From NCBI GenBank assembly GCA_964016885.1, contig OZ024747.1, positions 41,478,001 to 41,542,000 on the forward strand: a stretch of DNA of 64,000 nt. The letters run 5' to 3'. Within the stretch, counting starts at the first letter, position 1. Every line of letters starts with the position of its first letter. Positions 38,038-51,669 of the stretch are shown here, piece by piece. The position numbers were made by a program, and so were the translations under genes. Source of the DNA: Eledone cirrhosa (lineage: Eukaryota). The notes under the pieces are model-generated. The model was not told the origin of the DNA. It made no database searches and saw only the letters and a program-made list of their open reading frames with translations.

Positions 38038-38380
38038 TGGAGGCACATGGCTTAGTGGTTAGAGCATTGGCCTTGCAATCGAGAGGTTGTGAGTTCAATT
38101 CTCAGACCCGGTGATGTGTTGTTTCCTTGAGCAAGACACTTTATTTCACATTGCTCCAGTTTACTCAGCTGTAGAAATGAGATGATAGGGACTGGGGTCC
38201 CTATTATTCCACTGCAAAGTGGTCGTGGAGGTGCCATGGCAAAAAAAAAGCACCCAGCACTCACTGTAAATGAGGTTGGTGTTAGGAAGGGCATCCAGCT
38301 GTAGAAATCAAGCCAGAATCAGTTCCCGTCCCACCCTTGCAAGCAGGGATAAAGCGGACGTAAAATGAAATGAAAATGAA
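38038..38380 (+). mobile_element. tRNA-headed CORE-like SINE
   Basis: Full head-core-tail structure, as at 5032-5370. Confidence 0.9.
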
Positions 38381-38446
38381 AAAAATATATACTACATTTT
38401 TTAATTTGTTTTGCAAGATTTCTTATCTGAAAACGTGTTGAAACAG

Positions 38447-38730
38447 ATATTGTTATACTTTGGGAGGGTCATGCTGCCAATAAAAACACATGCACACCTG
38501 ATAGTTTTCACTACAATTTATTATAAATTTCCGGTTGGCTGGTTGGTTGTTTATGTATTGTCAAAGCTCTTTCGTCACACATTCTGTGACCTCCATTCTA
38601 TCCTACACCATGGTGTAGGATAAAATGGAGTTATCGAACCAACCAACACCTAAAATTTATAATAAATTGAAGTGTAAACCAACAGGTGTGTTTTTATTGG
38701 CAGTATGACCCTCCCAAAGTATAACAATAT
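38447..38730. repeat. Long inverted repeat (~80-bp arms) mini-element
   Basis: atattgttatactttgggagggtcatgctgccaataaaaacaca versus tgtgtttttattggcagtatgaccctcccaaagtataacaatat; related arm at ~42705-42780. Confidence 0.75.
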
Positions 38731-39714
38731 ATATAGAGAGAGAGAGAGAGAGACAAATTAGCTGAAAAGTTCGTAGACAGACTATGAAAGGTTGATGCTA
38801 GGGCTGTGAAATCTTTCATGCATTACTTTCAATTCTGCTTATTAATAATTGCACTGTCTCTTTCCAGGGACTATGTTGAAAAATAAACCTCTTTTGGTCA
38901 TTCCATAAGAATATCTTGGTCTTGTGGGTTTGTTGTTAAATCGATAGTGCTGGAATCATTTGTCGTACTTCCAGAATCAACTCCCTACTTAGTTCAATCG
39001 GGATGGATTTGGCCATATGCAAAAACGAGTCCCCACGAATAAAACTAGCTCTTTCGGTGCATCTCCCGCAAGTAATAGCACATTCCCCATTTGCATGAAA
39101 CGCTGCGGTTTCTTTTAGTTTTTAAAGAAGTCCTAAATATTCTTTCCATGACATCAAATAAGAGTTTGACGACGAAATATTACAAAAGTTTGCTCCCTTA
39201 TATAAATAGGAAAACATAGGTTATCTCCCTTATATACGTCAGTTGTTTGTGTCTGTATGGTGTTTATTTTTTCTTCTTCTTATCCCTGTTAAGTGTTTTG
39301 TTTTAATAACAGCTAGAATATTAATAGGACATGAACAACTTCAATATCTATTAATAGAATCTTAAATATGAATATTTACTTTGCTAAGAGGTTTTTATAT
39401 ACCATAGAATATTAACAATATTTTATACGGCAGGAGGTATCATATCATGGCCAGGAGCAGCTATGCCATACAGGGCACGGGGATCGAGTCTACATAGTGT
39501 CTATTCTTATTATTTAAGTTTGGTTAAATTTTATTCCTTTTTGTAATTCCTGGTGATATTCAGGTGTTATATGTAATATGCCTTGCGTAAATAATTGTTA
39601 ATTAACTATTTCCAATTAATTTATTGTTTCCATATGCATGTACCATTGTCACCTGTCCAGAAACGTACATAAAGTATGAAATTAAAGAATGGATTGTTAA
39701 CCTTGGTTTATCTT

Positions 39715-39760
<46 letters not shown>

Positions 39761-40811
39761 TGCAAATTCCTGTTCGAGCATTGCCATCGCCCGATAAAAT
39801 GCTCAAAAACGTGAGGCACGAATGTGGCTCTTTAAACCAGCCGAAGACCCTAAATTGCATGCATCATTGGAAATCTTTTGTGCCAAAAGGGAATTTATAT
39901 TATGCAGTTGTTAATGTATTTTTATATTAACATAAATATTATTTTGTGTGTGTCTGATTATTTCAATATGAGATACATCTTTCTGAGCAAGTTGAGTATT
40001 TTGTTGAATTTTTGGAAGTGTGAGAAGAGCAGACTAATTTTCACACAAGTAAAAAAATTGGGTCAAACTTTATATGTAACAAACATATTCTTGGATCCTT
40101 ATATTAATTATATTTCTTTCCTTCTTTTCTTTTCTTTTCTTTTTTTTGACTTGATCTTCTGCTGGTTGGTGGGAAAACCTAGATGTTCTGTCTGTAAAAT
40201 ATTTGTAGATACACACACATATAATATATATATATATGAAAAAATTCAGAACCCTGATGGCTGAGTTCCAGCCATTTCAACAGCTAGATGCAAGCTAGCC
40301 AGAGTCCTGAGTTTTTTCTTACTACCCACTCTGCTACCCCAAGTATCAAGTACTCTGGTGAGTAATGGTCTAACTGGTTTTTACCACCTCCAATCTCATA
40401 TATATTTTTTTCATGCTCAGAGTTGATGAATCATGGAACAAACTACCTGCATCAGTTGTTAGCCCCTCCGCAAAATAGGAACGAAACTGCCGGCAGTCGA
40501 GACTAGAGGAATTTTGGTAAAGTTTATATGCATTTTTTCTTCTAACTTCTATTTTAAACCTAACTCCGTGTAGTTGATTATTTGTCTAGTCAGATTCTAC
40601 GGCTAAAGGAATGACTAGATAAATTTTATCTGGCTGTCCCTCGCGGAAGATAGTTTGTATCATTTGTCTATTATTTCTTCATAGTTGCATTTTAAACTTA
40701 TAGCCTCGTTTAAATGATTATTTATGTGGTTGATTTATATGGACTAGGGAGAGGAAATACTGTATATATTTTATCTAATAATTCTTCAAACTTGCAATTT
40801 TATATATATAC

Positions 40812-41341
40812 GGAAGATGATGTGGTTGAGAGGAAGAGCAAAGCCTGGGTGGCGTGCCACAGTTTGAGATCGGTGTGGAAGTCGGACCTTCGTGAAGACC
40901 TGAAGATCCACCTCTTCATTGCTGTAGTGGAGTCTGTGCTGCTGTACTGGTCTGAGACTTGGACACTGACCAAGAAACTCACTGGTGGATGGGTGCTACA
41001 CGAGAATGCTGAGGATGGCTCTGAACATTAATCAGTATACACTGAGGATGAAAAACTCAGAGCTGTATGGGAGCCTCCCAAAAGTCAGCTCAAAAGTGAC
41101 ACAGAAGAGACTGAGGTTAGCTGGACATGCTCACCGACATTCAGAGTTGACACTGCACTCACTGTTCCTGTGGGAGCCCCTACATGGACACACTGGAAGA
41201 GGAAAGCCAAGGTTAACGTATGTTGATGCCCTAAGGACAGACACTGGTCTGTTGGAGACGCAGGACATGGCAGCGATAATGAGGGACAGAGACTGCTGGA
41301 GAGAACTCGTCCATGGATCTCAGGAATTTTACCTGCCCTAG
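40812..41341 (+). mobile_element. 3' fragment of a different RTE-like LINE family
   Basis: VESVLLYWSETWTLT, DGCYTRMLR, RLRLAGH, GRGKPRLTYVD; (TAGA)n tail. Confidence 0.8.
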
Positions 41342-41369
41342 ATAGATAGATAGAGATATCATCATCATT

Positions 41370-41807
<438 letters not shown>

Positions 41808-42977
41808 TTGTGTATATTTATGTATGTCTGTGTGTGTGTGTGTGTGTGTAAGACAGAACATTAAATATTTGTGACATTCGTTAGTTTCAGTAATAAAATG
41901 ACAGAGAAGTCATTTTGTTTTCTTTTTATGCATGTGTAGTAGTAGTGGTCATGATGATGATGATGATTAATATTGTTGCTGTTATTATTATGGTGGTGGT
42001 GGTGAGGCTGTTGCTAGTGGTGATGGCAATGAGGAGGAGGAGGAAGGGAGGGATGTGTTGGCCCAATTTACGGTCACCTGAAGAATATAGAAACCATTTA
42101 TGTGGAGCGCTTAAAACAATGATTTCCATAGTTACAAAGAACTAACTGTGAGGATAATAAAACTAAGAGAGAGAGAGGGGGGGGGAGAAAACTAGACAAA
42201 AGAATTGAAAGTTGAAGTTGATATCTTGCAGATGATATTGTGAAGAAGAGATTGTGATTGTAATTGTGGTTGTTATTGTCGTTGTTGTTGTGATTATTGT
42301 CGGTGTTGTTGTTGTTGCTGTTGTTGTGGCAGCAGGAAGTTGAGTCTTATGAATGAAACCTTTTTTTCTCAAGTAGATATCCTGACATTTTCATAACACT
42401 ACCAGACATTTAGTCCCTTACTTGATTTGTTTGCCTTACTTAGTACATTGAGCAAGTTGTTGTTGTTGTTATTTAGCCCTAATCAAGCTGAACTATGATC
42501 AAAGACTTTCCAGTCATCAACAACATATGCAGTTTCTAAGGCATGATGCTACTGTGCATCCAAAATCACATTTTCTTTTCTAACACATCGCCTTTCTTTA
42601 TTTCTGTCTTCCAGTCACATCTATGCCCAACACACTTCTACTTGTTCACGTCCTCATTGAATCTTTTCTATATTTAATCTGCTTGTCACCCACCTTGTGG
42701 AGAAATTATTATGACAAATTGAAGTGAAACTCAACTGGTGCATGTGTTTTATTAGCGCATGACCCTCCCAAATTACAATATATATATACAGGGTATTCCC
42801 AATATATATATATATATATATACGTTATTCTGGGTTGAATCGGAGGTAACCACAGTAAGTAAGGTACTCAATACATTGCAGAGTATAAAAGTTTTAATAT
42901 AGATGAGATTCTACAGAATGAAACAGTTCTAGCCCTGTAGAATATATATATATATATATATATATTTATTTATTAAT

Positions 42978-43280
42978 GGAGGCACATAGCTTAGTTGTTA
43001 GAGCATTGGCCTTGCAATCGAAAGGTTGTGAGTTCAATTCTCAGACCGGGTGATGTGTTGTTTCCTTGAGCAAGGCACTTTATTTCACGTTGCTCCAGTT
43101 TACTCAGCTGTAGAAATGAGATGCAAAGTGGTCGTGGAGGTGCCACGCAAAAAAAGCACCTACCAATCACTGTAAATGAGATTGGTGTTAGGAAGGGCAT
43201 CCAGCTGTAGAAATCAAGTCACAATCAGTTCCCGTCCCACCCTTGCAAGCAGGGAAAAGTGGACGTAAAATGAAATGAAA
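42978..43280 (+). mobile_element. tRNA-headed CORE-like SINE
   Basis: Same family with a small internal deletion. Confidence 0.88.
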
Positions 43281-43371
43281 TATATATATATATATATAAG
43301 AACAAAACAAGGTGCCCCAGCCCCCTTGGCTGGAACATAAATAAATAAATGAATTAACATATATATATGGC

Positions 43372-44410
43372 CTTGTAGGTGTAGGTAGGAACTCCGTCCT
43401 CTGCCCCAAATGCAAACAATGGGTACACAAGAGATGTAGTGGGATCAGGAAGCTTAACTAAGAATGTAGGCTTCACATGTAGCAGCTGCGCTGGGACAGC
43501 AAGCAGCAAACAACCACAGGAAACAAGCACCACCAAACTCTGAGAGAAATAGTAGACAGCTTCTGCTACCTAGGTGACTGAATTAGCAGCAGAGATGGGT
43601 GTTCAGAAAGTAGAATAACTAGGGTAAGAACGGGATGGAAGAAGTTCAGGAAGCTACTGCCACTGCTAGCTGCAAAAGGCTTTTCCCTCAAAATGAAAGG
43701 CAGACTGTATGATGCGTGTATACGAACAGCAATGCTACATGGTAGTGAGACCTGGGCATTGTGTGTAGAAGACTTGCGTAGATTAGGAAGAAATGAAACT
43801 TGTATGCGCCGATGGATGTGTAATAGTAATATACGCGAACAGCAAAGCATAAACGAATTGAGAGAGAGACTGAGGAATCAAATGCTGTGTGCAGGAGAGG
43901 CGGATGCGTTGGTATAGACATGTGATGTGTATGAAGGATGACAGCTGCATAGAAAGGTGCAGAGCACTAGAAGTCAATGGAAACCGCGAAGTGGGGAGAC
44001 CCAAGAAGACCTGGGATGAGGTGATAAAAGCTGACCTTACCCAATTGCACTTCTCAAGGGCAATGACACACGACCGTGACCTCTGGCGTCACGCAGTAAT
44101 ACAAAAGACCAAACCCCCACCCACCCACCTCCCACCCCACACACACACACACAAGAACAAGCTGAAGCATATAGACAATATGCCCCCCCTCCTCCCCACT
44201 GCAAAGTGGTCGTGGAGGTGTCACGCCAAAAAGCACTCAGCACTCACTGTAAATGAGGTTGGTGTTAGGAAGGGCATCCAGCTGTAGAAATCAAGCCAGA
44301 ATCAGTTCCTGTATGAGCAAGACAAGGTCAGCCGACTGGACACTGCAGGACAACCCGTTTAACCTATGCTAGCGTAGAAGACGGACGTAATGATGATGAT
44401 GATGATGATA
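43372..44410 (+). mobile_element. 5'-truncated RTE LINE (subfamily A) with complete 3' UTR
   Basis: Matches the reverse complement of 1-940; (GAT)n tail. Confidence 0.92.
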
Positions 44411-44502
44411 TATATAAAGTGTTTCCGTAGGAAAGATAAAGGAAAGGAGAGTGCTCTATGTAGGCTACAGAGCTATTTAGTAATAAACAACATAAGACAA
44501 TT

Positions 44503-44577
44503 ATTCCATTTACCAAAGGTTTCACGAAGACAGACGAGCTCGACACTAACGTCTGAAATCGTTCGTCAGAAAGAAAT
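44503..44577 (-). ncRNA. Type I hammerhead ribozyme motif in a (TA)n-flanked ~275-bp element
   Basis: AUUUCUUU-CUGACGA-ACGA..CAGACG/CGUCUG..UCGU-GAAA-CC-UUU-GG-UA^AAUGGAAU. Confidence 0.8.
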
Positions 44578-45519
44578 TTTATTTGAAGAGGATGTGAGAT
44601 ATGGATTTAAAAACAAAGCCTAAAACAATTGAAAGCGTGGCTGATATAAAATAAAATAACGGACGTAATGTAATAGGGAAAATAATAAATATATATATAT
44701 ATATACAAGGGCGGTGCCCCAGCATGGCCTCAGCCGGATGGCTGAAACAGGTAAAAGAGTATATACACATACATATATAAGCATCTACCCACGCATATAC
44801 TTATGCTCATACATATACACATAAACATACATACATGTACACACACACATATATACATACACATACATACATACACACGTACATATACACACGCACATAT
44901 ACACACGCATATACATATGTACACATACACACATATACACATTTAATCTGCTTACAAATCAAAAAGAACGAGACGTTCGTATAAAGAAAGTGGTTTCTGA
45001 TTTTAGAATAGTTTCTTGTGTTGTGAAAATAATTAGATGAGGTACTAACAACCAGAACAAATTAATTATTCAAGCTCAAATGTTTAGTCTAAATATTTGA
45101 GCTTGGATAATTAATTTGTTCTAAACTTTAGACAATAACAAGAAAGAAAAAAAGAATAATAATTGTTTCCACTTTTGGCACAAGGCCAGCAAATAACCAG
45201 TGCATTACTGGTACTTTATTTTATCAACCCCGTAAGAATGAAAGGCAAAGTTAACCTCAGCGGGATTTGAATTCAGAATGGCAAGGGCCGTAACTCTATG
45301 CGTCAAAAAATGGCGTCCGACCCTTTACCGATACTGCCAATCCAGAAAGAAAGAATAACCTGCATAGGAATTCTCGCCAACTCATATGGAAACATCTTGT
45401 TGAGTCAAAGAAAGCCGTACGTTAAAACTATCCACAATACAGAGTACTCACAACCTCTAACTGGATTACCTATAACGATAACTTGTTATCCCATATATAT
45501 ATATATATATATATATATA

Positions 45520-45853
45520 TCATCATCATCATCATTTTACGTCCGCTTTTCCCTGCTTGCAAGGGTGGGACGGGAACTGATTCTGGCTTGATTTCTACAG
45601 CTGGATGCCCTTCCTAACACCAACCTCATTTACAGTGAGTGCTGGGTGGTTTTTGCCGTGGCACCTACACGACCACTTTGCAGTGGAATGATAGGGACCC
45701 CAGTCCTATCATCTCCTTTCTACAGCTGAGTAAACTGGAGCAATGTGAAATAAAGTGTCTTGCTCAAGGAAACAACACATCACCCGGTCTGAGAATTGAA
45801 CTCACAACCTTTCGATTGCAAGGCCAATGCTCTAACCACTAAGCCATGTGCCT
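45520..45853 (-). mobile_element. tRNA-headed CORE-like SINE
   Basis: Same family as 38038. Confidence 0.9.
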
Positions 45854-45898
45854 ATATATATATTAATTCAAAATATTAACAAAATAGATATTCTTGTG

Positions 45899-45980
45899 AT
45901 CAATTATATTTTATTATACATATTTCAGAGGTACTGAATTAAGTTCAACAGTACGTCCTCATCAGATAAAATAAAATGAT
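45899..45980 (-). ncRNA. Hammerhead ribozyme (family 1) in Penelope pLTR
   Basis: Reverse complement differs from the 58060 copy by about 1 nt; CUGAUGA, stem II, GAAA-UAUGUA-UA. Confidence 0.85.
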
Positions 45981-46330
45981 ACATAACATACCCTGACATG
46001 GTAGATGGTTAAGATTTAATCAAGGAAACAATAGAGAGAGTGTGAGTAATATATTTTAAGAAATACATGGCATCAATATAACAGTTATAGAATTTTTAAT
46101 TTTTAAAAACTACTAGAGAAAGAGGAGGGAAAAGAAAGCATAGAGGAAGAAATAGCTGATATGATAACTTATTTAGTATTTAGCTTGAGAAGACAGATGA
46201 AAGATGAATAAATATGAATAAAGAGAGAGAGAGACAAAGGGGAGTAATTTATGTTCAAGTTTCTACACACAAATTCTTATATAGGATAGTTGGCGGTTAA
46301 TTTTCAAAATATTTAAATATATATATATAT

Positions 46331-46893
46331 ATAGGAAACAGTATGACCTCGACGGCAGAGCTCAAGCCGTTTCGACGGCTATTTCTGGACTAAATTAGAA
46401 TTTTTAACCTGGTGAATAAATAGCTGAACTTTTCAAGGGGGTACTTCCTTATATGGGAAGATTGTAGTTGTCAAGAGGATTGGTTAACTTGCCTGTAGAA
46501 CAATAGGGGAGTGACAGGAACGGTCAAGCGTTGAAAGTGATATGTATACAGCAGATTCTGAGGATAGAGTATAAAGTGGAGGAGGGAGTTTATAGAATAG
46601 GTAAATCGAATGAGAGTAGGAGACAATAAAAGATAATAGAAAGAAATAAAAAAAATATATAAAATTAGATAGTGAGAAATGAATAAAAAAAAATCACAAT
46701 GCTATCTTACAATTACAGGTTAATAAGTTATTCACCAGGTTAAAAATTCTAATTTAGTCCAGAAATAGCCGTCGAAACGGCTTGAGCTCTGCCGTCGGGG
46801 TCATACTTTTTCCTATTTCCCACTCTACTAGCCTAAGTATTGAGTACTCTGGTGCGTTATGGTCCATCTGGTTCCTTACCACAATTCCTTTGT
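46331..46893 (+). mobile_element. (TA)n-flanked asymmetric inverted-repeat element (Penelope-like remnant)
   Basis: ~89-bp arms at 46331-46419 and 46728-46816 plus tail; same family as 1331-1538. Confidence 0.7.
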
Positions 46894-46915
46894 TATATAT
46901 ATATATATATATATA

Positions 46916-47368
46916 TAGGTAAATATCTTTAAGTCGTTTGGAAGCTTCGACAATGCAAATGGGTAAATCTCCGGGTAGCGTCCTCCGCTGTTTGTTGTTT
47001 TGAATATCTCAAAACAACAAACAGCGGAGGACGCGTTTCGCACCTTTCCGACAGACAACCTTTCCCCCACCCGGAAAAAAACCCCCAGTTGATGGATGTG
47101 AATCCGAAATATATAGGGACAATTAAATCTCTCCCAAGGTAACTCTCTCTCGTGTTGTTATTTTTATTTTATCCTTTATACTCTTTCCTTCATTCCTCTA
47201 CACGTCTTATACACACCACGCATCTCAACGTACACCCACTTACATCTCTCTCTCCACCACCGGATCTTGTTACCCGGAGATTTACCCATTTGCATTGTCG
47301 AGGCTTCCAAACGACTTAAAGATATTTACCTATTATTCCACAATGCTTCAAGCAAACTTCAATACTCT

Positions 47369-47371
<3 letters not shown>
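46916..47371. mobile_element. (TA)n-flanked asymmetric inverted-repeat element with internal hairpin
   Basis: ~61-bp arms at 46916-46977 and 47271-47332; inner hairpin 46978-47034. Confidence 0.7.
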
Positions 47372-47434
<63 letters not shown>

Positions 47435-47435
47435 C

Positions 47436-47482
<47 letters not shown>

Positions 47483-47958
47483 CATACACACACGCACACA
47501 TGTATATGAATACACATACACATATACATGCATACACATGTACATACACACGTATACACTCATACATACGCACACATATAAAGGATACAATAATTGTTTC
47601 TACTTTTGGCACAAGGCCAGCAATTATCCTAGTGTATTACTGGTACTTTATTTTATCGACCCCGTAACTATGAAAGGCAAAGTTAACCTCGGCGGGATTT
47701 GAACTCAGATCATAAAGGGAGATAACTCTATGCTTCAAAGCATGGCGGCCGACCCTCTACCGATGCTGCCAATCATCCGCTATAAAGGATACAATAAACA
47801 CAGTTCAGTAACTAAATAAGCAGGCAAGCAAGAACATTTTAAAAATAAAAATAGAAATAAATGGACGTTCGCACGCGCGCGCAACGTATATATAAACACA
47901 GTGATGGACAAAAACAAAAACAAACATTTTTTTAATTACATAAGAGGGTTAAATAGGA

Positions 47959-49790
<1,832 letters not shown>

Positions 49791-50243
49791 GATTTTTCTC
49801 TAGTAAAATATTTTTCTCTAGGATAGTAAAAAAATTTTTAAAGTAGAAATAGGGTTCCCGTAAATAAAATAATGAAATGTAAAGGTGTATGTAGAAAGAG
49901 TATAACTAATAGGTAGAAAGAAAAGGGGATAAGTGTAGTGAGAGGGTATGACAAAGGATATGTGAATAAAGTGAATATGTGAGTATTATTGGTTGTAGAT
50001 AAAGGTAAGGATAAAGGTTTAAAAAGGGGAGAAATGTTCAGGGTCTCTAAAAGGTTAAGAAGGGTGGATAGAAAGAAGGGGGTCGGTGTGAATGTGTTAA
50101 AAGTATGACAGAAAAAGGGGAGGGGTATAATTAAAATAAATAAGTAGGAGATAATTGTGTATAATGGTTGTGGTATATAATGCATGTGTTCATAAAGCAA
50201 TCTGGGTAGTGAGTGGAAGAGTTAATTTGTAAAAAGAGGAAGT

Positions 50244-50500
50244 TCAGGGTGGTTGAATGTTCGTAGGTATATTATACCAGCTGGAAAGAAGATGTGATTT
50301 CAGGTGTGGACAACTTCTGAAGATATCAATTTTAGAATTGAGGCAAGTAGTAGAAGTTTTCAGATTTTGCAGTATTCTGTACTTTTCGGTTATACACAAA
50401 GAACATTTGTTTGTGCCTTTCTGGTATTCTTTTGAGTAGTCTAAAATGGACCAGTCAATCAAGTATGGAATCTTGCGGTCTTTTAACTCCTATACTTTAT
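50244..50500 (-). mobile_element. Penelope-like GIY-YIG C-terminal fragment
   Basis: IDWSIL..Y..KCSLCITEKYRIL..LNSKIDIFRSCPH. Confidence 0.78.
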
Positions 50501-50677
50501 TATCCAGTGTGTGTATTCTTGTATATTTTGTAAATGTATATGGTTAGTCATATGTATGTGTGTAAGTTTCTACATTTTTATGTATGCGTATATATATGTG
50601 TGTATGTTTTTGTTTATATATGTATGCGTATGTGTGTATTCTTACATTTATACATGTGTATATGTATGTGTATGTAT

Positions 50678-50748
<71 letters not shown>

Positions 50749-50765
50749 TTACGTGTATATATGTA

Positions 50766-50825
<60 letters not shown>

Positions 50826-50831
<6 letters not shown>

Positions 50832-51668
50832 TAACAGATTTAAAGTTTAAGCAAAGAATCGCTGCTTTCACCCTTAACGGGATCTTCTGAAACTAATAAA
50901 GTCAATCTGTGAACGCAGAAGTGAATATTTCAAAAAACGATGCAACCGGAGGAAGACGATACTTTGGTTCGTGGAAACGTTCCCACATCAAGACGTAAAA
51001 TATCCGCGTTTAGTTCGTACTATCCGTTAGGGTATAATATGAGGCTGTAATACAGGAAAGTTTTGTGCAATTTATGTTTACAAGCCGAAATTGCCTCAGA
51101 TTTTTTGTTTAAGATGTGTTCTTTGGCGTAGAGTATTTCCAGGGCCTCAGCGGCGCAGAGGTCACATGGTCTTTTATTTCCGTTATACGATCTAGCCCTA
51201 GCTAGGATCTCCCAGTGTAACTTATATTGGGTGTGGTTGTCTTTTAGACTCCAGATATAAGCTGAAAGTGACGTCATATTCCTTCTTAAAGGGTAACGAA
51301 AAGAATGGGTATGCATGTAAAGACGCTGCTTGAATCTATTGGCGGTTAACCCTATGTAGGCCCTACATTTGTAGACAATGTTACTAGAGAGGCATTTCCC
51401 GGATAGGGGCAGTCAACCCGATTCCTACAATTACAGTTAGTAGTAACTACAAGGTTGCACGTGTTCCTACGGCTAGGTAGTTTAGCTAAATTTGAAGCTG
51501 TGATGTTATGTGCAAGGTTAGGAGTCGTAGAGTAAGAAATTTTAATAGTATTTCTATTAAAAATGTTACTATATTTCCTGTATTACAGCCCCATATTATA
51601 CCCTAACGGATAGTACGAACTATACGCGGATAACCAAAGTATCGTCTTCCTGTCTTCCTCCGGTTGCA
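50826..51668 (-). mobile_element. Penelope-like GIY-YIG fragment with inverted 5' segment
   Basis: ORF 51020..51316 (TSLSAYIWSLK..WEIL..CDLCAAE..LNKKSE..CKH); 51578-51668 is an inverted copy of ~50940-51060. Confidence 0.82.
50834..50910 (-). ncRNA. Degenerate hammerhead motif (family 3)
   Basis: AGUUU-CAGAAGA-UCCC/GGGU-GAAA-GCA..UGC-UU^AAACU; core has U4->A. Confidence 0.5.
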
Positions 51669-51669
51669 A

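Noticed and set aside
38038-38110. tRNA gene
   Set aside because: tRNA-like head continues into a SINE core and tail, occurs in five copies, and has no proper acceptor stem
39420-39510. Weak U1 snRNA resemblance or a small ATG ORF
   Set aside because: Lacks ATACTTACCTG and an Sm site; ORF is only ~16 codons
40405-40520. Apparent plus-strand exon (AG...GT)
   Set aside because: Translates as FFMLRVDESWNKLPASVV then stops, resembling a CR1/L2 LINE 3' remnant
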